A stretch of DNA of 64,000 nucleotides from Neoechinorhynchus agilis (lineage: Eukaryota; Animalia; Acanthocephala). How positions within the stretch are numbered: position 1 is the stretch's first letter; every line of letters begins with the position of its first letter. A program made the position numbers and the translations under genes. The stretch covers positions 7,690,044 through 7,754,043 of the forward strand of contig CM121343.1 in assembly GCA_051530055.1 (NCBI GenBank), given 5' to 3'. Below are positions 37,850-50,600 of this stretch, in pieces. The notes below the pieces were generated by a model. The model was not told the origin of the DNA. It made no database searches and was given only the letters and a program-made list of their open reading frames with translations.

Positions 37850-39520
37850 CTTCGGATTCAAGTGATTGTTAAGGGTACAAATTTCTTTTATGATTTCGGT
37901 GAACACACTCTCGGTCATAACCTATTCGATTTTGATTTATTGGAAATATTTCGCGAAGTAACCTCGCCTCATCAGTCATCTAAAAATGAGTTTTACACAT
38001 TAAGGTTTTAAGCTCGAGTGTGCGGGATCGCCAAACTCGAAGTTCGGGCACCAATTATCGGACATTGGTGAACAGAGCATTCACATCGGCCGCAAACATT
38101 CTGTAGTGCCTCGCGTTAATTTTCCTGATCTCAATCGTAACGGAAGTGATTAAAATCGATCGTAATAAAACACTGATCCTTTTGGATAGGCGATAGTTGA
38201 AAGACATATAACTGGCTATAATTGGACGGTACTGCAGGATGGGTTTGTGTATCTTCTGGAGGAGATAGATAAACACACATTTAGCCTATGATGATCGCTT
38301 CATGTTGTAAAATTGAGGACTGATCACAGACCGGTTCAACAAATTCTTGAGAAAACCGTTAAATTTAATTTCTCTGCTTCTCGTGGAATCTCTAACCAGC
38401 CTCTCAAATTTGTCCGAGTTAAGAAGATCCAAAGCCCTCTTTCGATAATATTCCATGTCCACAGCTACTAAAGCTCGCCCTTTGTGGGATTTGCAAGTAA
38501 CTATTGATGGCACTTCCTTCAGTGATTTCGCAATTACCATCTTGTCATTATCGTTGCGAACGTTCCGACTACAAGCTTTCCTGTCGTAGGTGGGGACCAC
38601 CACACTGGTCAAGTCACCAACCGATGAGGTATAAAATCTCGGCTGTCACTTCGTACTCCCGAAGAGCTTATCTCTACTCGATTTGCATGGAATAAGGAAA
38701 GGGAAAGGACAGTACAGGAGCTGAAAATAAGGGGATATCCCAAATGGATTATAGACCGGGGAATCAGAGGCAGTAACTACCATCCGCATAACAACAAAAT
38801 TCGTCTGCAGAGCCTGTATGCTTCGAACGAGTGCATTTCATTGAAGATGACACGAATCAAATGATTTACTCCATTATGAGTAAGAAGGTTGGAATTCGTC
38901 CATACAATACTAAAGGAATCGCTCTCAGAAGCACATTCAAGAGGAAGGGTAAAATTGAGCCGACTCGTAGGATCTGTAGAATGCACTGTGAACAGTGTGA
39001 GAAAGTCTATATCGGACAAACGATGCAGGGCATTGAGAAGAGGGTCGCTCAATATAAGAAAGGTTGCGGTCGATTTGAGCAGTTCTCGGCAATCTCTAAT
39101 CATCAAAAGACATGTTAGTATCATGCGGATTTTGGTGGCACCAACGTTATGGAAATAGAGCAAAAATTAAAAAAACGTCTTGTTTTGGAGGCTTTACACA
39201 TCGCTGTGTCCAACACAATGGAAGGAAATAAAGCTAATTTTAGCTTGAAACTTCCAGCCAGCGACGTGTTAAAAATCAATACTAAAATCATGGAAAAAAC
39301 GTGGTACAGCGCAGGAGGTTCGAGCGGATAATTGGCCCCGAATTTTGAGTTTGGCGATCCTGCGCACTCCAGCATAAAACCTTAGGGTAAAAAACATATT
39401 TCTAGATGACTGGTGAGGCGAGGTTATCTCCTTCGAAATATTTCCAATAAATCAAAATCAAATAAGCTATGACCGGGAGTATGTTCACGAAAATTATACT
39501 TTGTCTAACCCGAAGGATTT
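37850..39520. mobile_element. Penelope-like element, internally inverted (RT part on -, GIY-YIG part on +), with inverted pLTRs
   Basis: Minus strand 38055-38640: PLE RT motifs HKGRALVAVD..Y..K..DLL, IHKP...RPII and DVNALFTNV. Plus strand 38640-39331: C..CEKVYIGQT...R...Y and KRLVLEALHI (GIY-YIG). Inverted ~200-bp arms at ~37850-38060 and ~39326-39520. Confidence 0.85.
37930..37982 (-). ncRNA. Hammerhead-like motif in a PLE pLTR (sister copy at 39402-39460 on the + strand)
   Basis: CTGATGA-G-GCGAGG(TTA)CTTCGC-GAAA-TATT. The sister copy reads CTGGTGA-G-GCGAGG...CTTC-GAAA. Confidence 0.5.
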
Positions 39521-40119
39521 TCTATCGAAAATTTCTTTTAATCTTCCATTTGTTGTCTTAGAGATTCAATCTGCTCTTTTAATAATTTAAAAGTCCTAGA
39601 TAACTCTTTCAATATCTTCTCCAAGTGCTAAATATGCGTTGAATGATAATTAGCTTTTAAACCAAGAACCAGTGTAGTAATGGCATTGCTATAGCTTACT
39701 AGTTGCGACGTGTTCTGCATCGCGAGTTGGTACTGCGTGATCTTATCTATGTTGAATTTAATCGAAAATTAATTAATGATGGAGTGTGAAGTTTTTAAAC
39801 ATTTTCCAGTATCTCCAATGTGTTTGCGGGCGAGATAGGCTTGAGGTTTTTTAATTTCAGTAGAATCTTGAAACGGGAAAACTTTTATACCATTACAAAA
39901 GACAATAGTTGGCATTCCATTTAAATTATAGAAAAATCTGACGACAAAAACCTCATTTCGATGAAGATTGTAACCGACATCGATCCACCAAATGACTAAT
40001 CTCTAATTGTTTTTATAACTTTTGCCTAAATATTAGCTAGTTGACCGTCAAAAGCTACACCAAAAGGTATATGGGTTCTCTTCTTGGTGTATTAACAAAT
40101 AAAACGTGTTTCGAACTGA

Positions 40120-40560
40120 TCCCCTCTCTCCTGCAACCCCACATTATCCTCGCACATCACTCTCTTCCCCAAACGCAATACCCTTAAAATTTATCTCCTC
40201 AAACGCCTCCGCAATTTAGGGGTTCTTTCACCCGATCTATCCAAATTTTACTACAGCTTTATTTTACCCTCCTGCACCTGCGGTTATACCGTCTTTTGCA
40301 ACCTATCCAAATCTCAAATCCGTCGTCTTGAAATTCTTCATAAAAGAGCATCCAAAATTTGCACAGCTGATTTCCTCCTCTCGCCGAATGCCTTGATACT
40401 ATTTTCATAAAACAATCAAAACGCCTCTCAACCCTACGACCACAATTTATTCTTTTCACACGAGCACAACACTCGTAATCCTAATTCGTTTCACCCTCCT
40501 TCGACCTCGCACCTCCATTTATCTACGCTCCTTTTTTCACGCTGCCTAATCTTCTCGGAT
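40120..40560 (+). mobile_element. L2/CR1-type LINE 3' fragment
   Basis: KIYLLKRLRNLGV...FYYSFILP...LEILHKRASKIC is a typical post-RT region; C/T-rich and degenerate. Confidence 0.65.
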
Positions 40561-40636
40561 ATCAGAACCTGAAATGATTCCGAGGAAAGACCAACCTCAC
40601 AAGCGCTCCTACAAACAATAACCACCAATTCCCCCC

Positions 40637-40767
40637 ACAACGGACCTTCCAACCCGAACGGACATCCCCCGACTGGATAATCTCACACACGAATGGGTAT
40701 CCCTCCGACCAGATATTACCAACCGAACGGATATTCCTTGACTGGATATTCCCATCCTAACGGATGC
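40637..40767 (+). repeat. Degenerate array of ~8 units of a ~15-bp motif (consensus about CCGAMYGGAYATTCC)
   Basis: Units include ccgaacggacatccc, ccgactggataatct, ccgaccagatattac, ccgaacggatattcc and ttgactggatattcc. Confidence 0.6.
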
Positions 40768-41049
40768 GTCTTTTTGGAACGACTGTGGACCCGAATGCTT
40801 ATGAGGACCTAAAGGTACATGGGTCCTCGTATTCTCTGTGGGCATGAAAACTATCAACAAAATAACAAAAGTTTACATAAAAAAGATTAGTTAACTAACC
40901 GGTACACTTTTTAGGATCACTAAGGGTATCGGTTCCCATACAATTACCCTTTACCAACAATTTTAATGGCAAAACAACAAAAATTAGGGAACACGCACAC
41001 CGTAACGCGGTGGCGATAAAAAAAATTAAATAACAAAAACAATAACAAA

Positions 41050-44000
41050 GTTCAATCTCATACACTTGAACAAATTGCTAGTTTCCCAATGCCCGACATA
41101 TTATGGCTTGGTCTGCTCGTTGTATTTCCTTCAATATTTCGCAAATCTGGCACTGCTGACAAGCATGGAGCTCTGAAGAGATTGGTACAGGACAAATCCA
41201 TATTTTTAGTATGTAAATTTTCCATAGGAAGGACCGCATACATCTTGTATCCTCATCAAACCAAGATAGGATTTTCTCGCACTTTCGAATGAACCATTTG
41301 GCGAAATCCATTCTGAGCTCCGGTGGACGGCCTCTGCCGTCAGCGTCTTCATCACAGGTAATGCTCCCCCAAGGCTCTTATTCGTTTAGGTACCATCGTC
41401 AGCTTTTGAAAGGTTGAGCCGAGTGAAGAGTTTAGCAATACTCGCTTTTTTGAGGCCGGGAAGTTTAAGCCTAATGCTCTTGTATAGTTCAATATTTTCA
41501 AGTTACTCACCATGTCATCTTCTTTCATCAGCTTGTTCAATCTCATCTTAGTCCGGAACGAATTCGTTAGAGGAACCAGCACTGTTTTTCCTCGATTAAT
41601 CGCAAAATTTGCCTTCCCCCGTAAAACCCCATCCATTTTTTAATCACGCAATCTACCATGCTAATTAAAGCGTCTCTCCTCTTGTGGTGCAAGAAAATGA
41701 AAACATCGTCCGCGTAACTCAAAAAATGGGCATTTGAAACTTTTTTGAAATGCTTCATAATAACAATCATCCCGCCAACAAACTTAGTGAGTGATAACAG
41801 AGACCCTCGTGGAACCGTGTACTTTGAGAAAAATTAATTTTTGTCAGGATGTAGTTCCAGAATATAGGATTTAGATTCCATAAGGAACTGAATCCGTTTC
41901 AATAATTTAGCAGGGAGTCTCAGCTCTTTATAAACATCATAAATATAGTTCCGACTTATCGCGTCAAACGTTGTTAGGCCCATAAGCAGAGAACCCACCC
42001 CCCTTTCCTGGGGCAAACCCATGAAAACTTTGTGGGATCAAGCGTCTCCTTATTATCACCTCCAGTAATTAAGAATTCGTCACCTTCTCCAATAAGGACA
42101 CAATGGGGTTTTAAATGGAAATGAAACGCACATTTCCCGGGGATTCAATATTGCCCTTCGTTTTTGGGATGATTGTTTTCCAAACAACATTGATTCTGCA
42201 TAGATCTGAAAACAGCATGTCACGAGGCAACCTCCCCAAAATTACCCGCTTAATTTTCTCATCTATGATGTCAACGTTTTTTGGGGAAACAGCCATAGAG
42301 TTCATGGTCATCGACGCAGAGCCTCTCCAGAAACTCAGAAAACTATTCAGATCCATCGCCTAACGGGAGCAAGTGTTATCTGTTGGGGGGCGAAAGTTGG
42401 AAGGGTCATGGGCTTGACGGGCTGGACATGATGTAATTTTCAACTGGTGAAGCAGCTCTTTCTCTAGAAAGTGCGCTTTCTCGGTTAGTCGACCGCCTGA
42501 CTGGAGAGGACCTGAATCCCGTTGCAAAAGACCTATTTTTCGGAGCCTCATTGTGTGCGCTCTCCCATCGCCGTATCTTCGACGATACGCCGACTCGCAA
42601 GAAAAATTCTCTGTAAACGTATTGCAGAGAAAACCGGGCAGCAACTTCGCCCAGTCCAACTGGGCTGCTGCACATCCTGCGGAGCGGAAGCCATTGTCCA
42701 CTCGCTCCGAAACTTTGCTACGAGAAGCTCAGAGCCGTGCGTGATTCTTAGGTGTGATTTTCGGAACGCCTTTAACTCTCTCAATAGAGAAACCATGTTC
42801 TGCGCAATTAGGGATCACGCACCAGAAGCCTTCCAGTATTTTCTCAATGCCTACGGGACCGCGACTTCTTTGCTTTTCGAAGACCACCTCATTTGGTCCG
42901 AACGAGGAGTTCAGCAAGGAGATCCTTTCGGTCCAATCGCATTCTCCCTACTCTTCCCATTCCAGCTTCAATGCTTGGTACTTGGATGACGCTAAGCTCG
43001 GAGGTGATCTCTCCGTTGTACTGCGCGATTTCGAGACGCTGATTAGGGAGACCTCGAGAATGGGCATTGAGTTCCCGCCAGAGTCAAGGAGCTAATGGAT
43101 GGGTTCGAGGCCGTAGCTCCAGATCTGAAACTCGTGACTCCAGAGCAACTCAGCCTCGTGGGTAGTTGCGTCTTTGATTCAAATTTGGAAGCTGAGATCC
43201 GAAACTTTCGTTGTTGTGCCATAAGGTGAGCGTGCCATAAGGTGAGCGCTCTCTCGGCTCACGAAGCGTTATTTCTGATAAAGAAAGCAACATTCTTCAA
43301 ACATAAGGATTGGCTAAGCTCGACGACAAGGTGAGGGCTTATCTCGAGTGTATTTTAAATGTCCAGCGCTCAGGTGTGGCGTGGTGACAAGCTTTATTGC
43401 CTGTGTCATCTGGGAGATTGGGAATTCAGGCACTAGTGGACCTTGCCTTACCAGCCTTTCTTGGATCGTATGAGGGGAGTCAACCGATAGCGAAAAAAAT
43501 TACGGGGAAATGTTTTTATCTTGACCAAGACTTTGTGGTGGCAGTTGAAGAATGGTTCCAGCAGATAGACGCTAGCCATGTTCCCGTGAATAGTCTCAGA
43601 CAGTCGATCTGGGACAGACCTCTCGTCGCGAGAGCTCACAGCTCTCTACTTTCAAGTTCTCGCGATGGGGTCGTCCCAGCTAAATTGTCCAGAATCGGAG
43701 GCTTTCCTGTGGCATCTGTTGGAACTCTTCTCACTGATGAGGTAACGAGGATCGCAGTGTCCTTAAGGCTTGGTCTCTCGATATGCACGCCCAATCGCTG
43801 TCGATGTGGGTCTTTGGTTGATGCTTTCGGGCGACACGGTCTCGTTTGCCGAAAGCCAGGAAGCAGCGGGAGGGAGGAAAATGCGGAAATATATTCAGTT
43901 ATCGAGAGCTCACTATTTTGTCCCCTTTGGGGTAGAGACGTATGGAGCGCTCGGCAGCTCGGCATTCTCTCTGCTCCAGGATCTCTCGAAGAAATTGAGA

Positions 44001-45150
44001 GAGGCAACCGGAGACTCAAGAGCAGGCGTATTCCTTCGACAAAATATCTCGGTGGCAGTACAACGAGGGAAGGAGAGAAGCTCCAAGAAAAATAGCTAAA
44101 ATCAGGCACCTTTTCACTGTTCGCAACTGACCTAAGCGATCCTAAAAAGGATTTGGTTAAGGACTGAATTTGTTTCCTCATGCCCTCTGGTTCCTCAATT
44201 ATTTTTATATTATCATGAATCCCTTCGTCTCTCGAAACAGGAGGACCTACTTCTAATGTGGGCATGTACTCCCGAACACGACTTCTATTAAACCGTGCGT
44301 TATTTTCTTCAGGTTTAAACGTCCGCCAATATTTATCCACCGCCGGGCAAAATCCTTTAAACGCTTCGTGATTTCCTCCGCAATTAACACATATTTTTAT
44401 CGCTGTATCCGTGCATTGATTCTTGGAATGGTTTCTCGAGCAAATAACACACCTCACCTTCCCCCTCTACACTGAAATCCGGTATGGCTCCATTCGCAAC
44501 ACTTCGAGCATTGTGTTAGCACAAAATTCTGAATAGATCCAGTCTGATAAGAACCAAACTTCATTTAGTACGCCATAAATCCAAACTCCCGGCCTCGAAA
44601 TCTATCAACCCGATCTTGAGTTCCTGTAACCAGTAAAGCATAAGGCTCATGTCCCTGAGTTTTGCGTAAATATTTAATAGGAATAAGGCCAAACACCTTT
44701 TCAAAGTTCTTAAGTCTTCCTCCGACATATTGGGGTGCATAATCGCTGTAGCCCTCCTTGAAATATCCGTATATTTTTTATTTTAGCAGTTCCTAAAACA
44801 GGTTTTTACCTTCTACTTCCATGAAGATTAGCAAAGGCTCTTTTAATTAGATATTTTCTATCCCCCTATACTTTCTTAACAGCTAGACCATCCCTATAAT
44901 AGATCCAAGAGTGAAAACTCCGCCATATCCTCCTTTCTCACTCTAATCCCAAAATCATCCTTTTCCCTGGTTAAAGGAGATATGCCTATTATCTGTCCTT
45001 TGCGAATGCCCGCATAACTTTATCACGAAAGCGACCCTGAAACCCGGCCGTCTCTCTCGTAATTATATAGGAACCTAAAAACACTGACCTTTTTCAGTTT
45101 GTGCCTGATCAACATCCATGGCTTCAACTCCTCTACGGTCTTCAGGAGGA
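41050..45150 (-). mobile_element. Degenerate non-LTR retroelement (gag-like Zn knuckles plus RT), split by a CRE insertion
   Basis: Knuckles KCCEWSHTGFQC, CVICSRNH...C and CVNCGGNH...CP at ~44330-44500. RT motifs PGNVRFISI, FDAISR and FLSYADD at 41600-42356. The host reading EKVPD|LNSFLSFW resumes across the CRE insert. Confidence 0.7.
42360..44095 (+). mobile_element. Truncated, frameshifted CRE-clade copy (close relative of 14113-15704)
   Basis: GHGLDG, GVQQGDPFGP, AWYLDD, CRCGSLVDAFGRHGLVC and VPFGVETYGALG...QNISVAVQRG. Long stretches of near identity to 15000-15600. Confidence 0.85.
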
Positions 45151-47089
45151 TCTGGAGGTCTCAGATCCTCGAAACTATTGTTTACCATTCGGAAGCAATT
45201 TTGACTGGACATTTGAGCTAAGCGCAAAGCGTGAAATGCCATGTTCTATATAAACGCTCAGTTATATGCATATTTGATGGTAAAAGTGTTAAAAAAATGG
45301 GCACTAAGAACTCAATATAGGTTTATTGGAATGTGAATAAAGCTATTTTAAAAACATTAATTCCTTGTTAAGCATATACTGTTCAGTTAAATGGGTTAAT
45401 TAATTTTTTTTGGCCGTTTGTTACAAGGAGGATGCCACAAGCTTCTAAAGATATATGGAGTAATAATGAAACTTTGAAAATTTAGCCAACTCCTCAACAA
45501 TATACGTAGATTTTTGAGCAAACAAAGTTTACATGTAAATTTATTGACTGAAGCTTTGTCAAAAACGGGTGTTCTTTCAAAATCCATTCTTCATTGCAAT
45601 GCTATATTTTTACAAAACGACTAGTGCTATTCGAATGTAGTATTGCGCCACTGAAAGACGCCAACTTCATCAATCGTGACTGTTTGAGCCACTATAGATC
45701 ATTCACTCTATTTGAGACATGTAACAAATGTGAAAGCTTAGCTTTTCACGTTAATACAAAAGCTACGAAATACTTCTTTTATTGATTGATAGGATTCAGC
45801 GAAGCGACAAGCAGTAGAATCCTCAGAAAATACCGATATTGTATTCGGGTTGCCAATAATCTTTTTCACACAATAGTAATATTTCGAACACAAACATTGA
45901 ACCTGAAACACTTCTAAAATACCAGTTAAGTTGCGTAAACTTAGTATTGTTCTAGCAGGAATGTATTGTTTTGATCGAAAAAGCTTAAAACGCTATTTGA
46001 AGAGAGCCTCATTGTGACTTACGGATTCACTACTTTGATTCCTATTGGAATTTCAGGGTGCACTAACAATTCTTGGTGGACCACTTAAGATACCGAAAAG
46101 TGCATTTTGAAATCCACGACAAGGTTCCGCGTCCTTGTCGATCCCTGAATTCCACTCCTTAATAATTGCATTGATTGCAAAACCAATAAATGGCAACTCA
46201 ATTCAAATGACGAGATACGGTCTTTAATGACAACGAGAGTATACGTCCACTTTATTACATTCATAAATCGTACCTAAATTTTATCCTTGACCCCATATAC
46301 GTGAAGAGATTCTGGTGGGATACCGAGATATTGGACACATTGTTTCATTCACAACGGAAAGGGCGCATTTTAAGGTCTCATAGAGCCAGCAGATTTTGCA
46401 GCAAAAAAATTATCGCATTAAATTCTAATATTGTAATAAATGCGCTCACATATGACTTGAAGGGGAATCTTTTTTGTTTTCCTCTTCATATTTCACAGTG
46501 CACTAAAATCACGATTCCTTAGTCCGAAGAGCCCATTTGCCACAACAATATGATTAACCTGCATTAAATCTACGATTGTGCCAGGAAAGTCGAGAATTCG
46601 ACAGGAAACAACAATGTAGCAGAGGACATTGCATTGATCGCACAGAATGTGAGATTTGGAAGATATTCTTAAACGGCTTATATTCCCTGAAAATGCAAAG
46701 GGCCTTTTGCGTACGAATATTGTACATTAAGAGTATTATGAAGTGTATTCGTGGGATGTATTGCCTAGGCACATTTGGCTATCGTCCGGGGCGTGACATT
46801 TGGAGGTGGCAAATGTGACAAAAGGGAAGTATGAGGTAGCGCGACTAAGATCGATCTCGTCGGCCTGTTACATTGTCGCGATTTCCGTTCTGCGTTGGCG
46901 AATCCTTATTTGTACAAAAAGTCGTTTCGGTTAGCCTACTACACTGACAAAATGTTCATCATTTACTTTTTTGCTATCAATGCCATCGTTAGTTGCCTGT
47001 TGACGAACGATATGATTTCTCAACAGACCGCGATAGATATGTTTTTAAAATTTGAAATGCGTTCAAAGCCACTAAGCCCCACTTAATCC

Positions 47090-47330
47090 CGTGTTGTTGT
47101 TGTCGTCCTACTCCAGCGGTGCCATTGAAACCTTCAACGTCGAAAGCGCTCGAGCATGGCACGAACGCAGTGCGTCGATTCCGCTGAGCTGCCAACAAAA
47201 GTACTGCTTTAGTAGACACGCGCAATTCTGCGCCGCATCCATTACTGCCAACTCCTCCGCCGCCGCCGCCGCCTACTAACGCGTGCGTCTACTAGTGGTG
47301 GGCGGACTTAAGGGAACAGGAAGTACGAAT
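47090..47330. promoter_or_regulatory. GC-rich putative promoter upstream of ankyrin
   Basis: Local GC island with a (GCC)n run, a GC box GGGCGG (47300-47305) and an ETS-like CAGGAAGT (47317-47324), about 300 bp upstream of the ankyrin start. Motif evidence only. Confidence 0.3.
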
Positions 47331-47642
47331 GTGAAAGCTGTTTTACTAATGGAGGGTGGTGGTATCCTACTATTCTGTGTTCTGCATCTTTTCAGGAAAG
47401 GAATGCAGTTCTAAAATAATAACTCTGTCGTTTGATGCGTATTTGTTCCAGAAACCCATTGTGCCCTCTCCCGATCATCGAAAAACACCAACCATTAGGC
47501 CCAATACCACTCATGCAAATCCTTTTATATCCCCTTGAAGTCTTAATCTTTCCAGAGCGAGAAAGCCCTTGTGTTTAAATCTGCAAAGAAGAATCAGACC
47601 TTTAAGTTTGTTCAAGACCTGCCACGCGCACTCATTGCAGCC

Positions 47643-50600
47643 ATGGACAACGGCCGGCCCAGAACACAAACTTATACGATAGACACCCTCATGTCTAATG
47701 AGGACCGAACGTTGCACTCGCAGCAAGGTCCTCTTCTGACATCCGCTGATTTTGACCGCGACCTACACTTTCTATCACCTTCGGTATCTCCAATCGCTGG
47801 GGACGAAGTTGCACCCCTACAGCAGCTCGCATCAATTTGTTCAACAGCTCGAATGTCGTCACCTGACGATCCGAACCGGCAGCAACTGACGTCCAACGAG
47901 CGAACAAATCAGACTGCTCAACAGCGAAGTGGCTGTGATCTTCTTGACGCAGCAAAGAAGGGCGATCTGACCAGACTGATTGACATAATCGAATCAGGAG
48001 CTGACATCAATGTGAGCGTTAAGGGGCTTAATGCTTTACATCTCGCTACCAAAGAGGGCCACCAGACAATTGTTTTGGAATTAATAAAACGGGGAATACG
48101 GGTAGATGCGGTAACCAAAAAAAGAAACACTGCACTTCATATTGCTTGCCTTGCTGGTCAATTGGAAGTTGCGCGCATTTTGATCAATAATGGCGCCTAT
48201 GTGAACAGTCAATCAGTCAATGGCTTTACTCCACTTTACATGGCTGCTCAGGAAAATCACGTCGAACTTGTAAGTATGCTTTTATGCTTAGGCGCTGATC
48301 CCAATTTGGCAACGGACGACGGGTTTACTCCAATCGCAGTAGCCCTTCAACAAGGTCACAAAAGGGTAGTTGAAATGCTTTTTGAAAACGACTCGAAAAG
48401 CAGGGTACGGCTTCCTGCTTTGCATATCGCTGCAAAGAAAAACGACGTTCAATCCGCGTGCTTGCTGCTGGATGCTGCTGCTTCCAAGGCATCTGCGAGC
48501 CTAGTTTCCTCACCCGGAGTTTTTAATGCTGGTGAAACGGATCTTCAGGTATCATCGATGTCTAATCTTCGCTAATTCCAACTATTGATACATATTTTTA
48601 GGGCCAATTGGTTAATTGCATCTCTAAGGTTTGTACGAATTATTAATCTGAGCACATTGAACGCACTCTTACGGCCTTTTAGAATGGACTTACGCCGCTT
48701 CACATAGCTGCGCACTATGGGCACACAGAGATAGCCGAATTGCTAATAAATCGAGGCGCTGATGTGAACTTTGTCGCTCAGCAGAGCATTACAGCGCTCC
48801 ATGTCGCGGCTAAATGGGGTAGAGATAATATGGTTCGTCTTCTGCTAAACTGCGGTGCTCATATCGATGCCCGCACCCAAGATGGACTTACACCTTTACA
48901 TTGTGCTGCGAAAGCTGGACACGAGCACGTCGTTGACACTTTACTTGAACACGGAGCTCCTATAACTGCCAAGACGAAAAATGGTCTTACCGGTTTACAT
49001 ATGGCAGCTCAGGGTGATCATGAACTCGTTGCTAAAGTGCTCTTATCGTACAAATTATCAATAATCGATTATGTTACTTCCGATTACCTAACAGCACTTC
49101 ATGTTGCATCTCATTGCGGTAACGCAAATGTGGCGAGGTTATTGCTTGAACGAGGAAGCAATATAGATGCTGCTGCCTTAAATGGATTCACTCCTCTCCA
49201 TATTGCATGTAAAAAAGGACACTTTTCTCTTGCATTATTGCTTCTAAACGCCGGAGCAAACATTCATGCAAATACCGAATCTGGTCTTACGCCTCTGCAT
49301 GTATCGTCATTTGTTGGTGCCATCCAGATTAGCCAGTTATTGATCGAAAGTGGTGCACGCGGGGAGGCACGCACGGTCAGGGGCGAGACACCGCTCCATT
49401 TGGCATGTCGAGCCAATCAAGTGGAATCACTAAGATGTCTTATACAAACTGCAAATGCGGATGTAAATGCAGGTGCTTTTGTGGAGGCTACTGAGACCAC
49501 TCCACGTTCTGGAGATCGCCAAACACCATTGCATGTTGCAACAAGTCTTGGATTTACAAAATGTATCCAGTTCTTACTGGCGAACGGTGCCGAAATAAAT
49601 GTTATGACAAAATCTGGATTTACGCCTCTTCATTTGGCGGCTAAGCAAGGAAATATAGAAGCCGCTGGTATATTACTGGAGAAAGGTGCTCTGCCCAGCA
49701 TTAATTCGTGTGTGAAGGGACAGACGGGACTAAGTGCATTGCATTTTGCAAGCAAATATGGACATGTCAAATTCGTTTCACTCTTGCTCCACCGTGGTGC
49801 ACAACCGGATATTCGAGGCCGAAACGGACTGTGTCCTCTTCATATAGCCACCCACTATGATCATGCGAATGTAGCTCTTGTGTTGTTAAGATCTGGAGCA
49901 TCGCCGCACTCCCAAGCTCTAAATGGGTACACTGCTTTACATATAGCTGCAAGACGAGGTCACTTGGAAATCACGAGCATTCTACTTGAGTACAATGTGC
50001 ATGTCAACATCGCATCGCTGGCTGGATTCACCCCTCTTCATCTCGCTTGTCAGTTTGGCCACCTAGATATGGTTTCGCTACTATTGGACCACCAGGCAAA
50101 TGTCAATTGCAAATCCATGAATGGACTAACGCCCCTTCATTTGTGCGCACAAGAAAACCATTCGAAATGTGGAGAATTGCTCGTAAAACGAAATGCCAAT
50201 ATTGATGCCCAAACTAAGGCGGGCTACACTCCTCTACACGTCGCTGCCCACTTTGGACATATTCATATTGTAAAGTTCTTCGTCCATCTCGAGGCGAAAG
50301 TTGACTGCCGAACAAAGTACGGTTACACTCCTCTTCATTGTGCAGCCCAGCAGAACAATTTGGCAATCGTAAGATTCCTGTTGGAGCACGGTGCTAATCC
50401 GAACATTAAAAGCACCTTTGGTCAGACCGCATCGGATATTGCGGAGAGACTAGGCCATGTCGAGATAGCTGAGGAACTTAAGACTGTATCGAGACGTTCT
50501 GAGTATGACACGGACGAACACGAAGGTGTTATGATGACTGAAAATGAACGATCCATACGCAGAAAATCTTTAAACCACTTTAAAAAATCGATGCCGTCAA

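Noticed and set aside
43636-44457. 273-aa minus-strand ORF as a novel protein
   Set aside because: Chimeric: the gag-like host ORF reads through into the antisense strand of the inserted CRE copy.
45300-47050. Possible multi-exon minus-strand gene diverging from ankyrin
   Set aside because: Protein-like fragments exist (for example EWILKEHPFLTKL), but every frame tried hit stops and no model could be closed.
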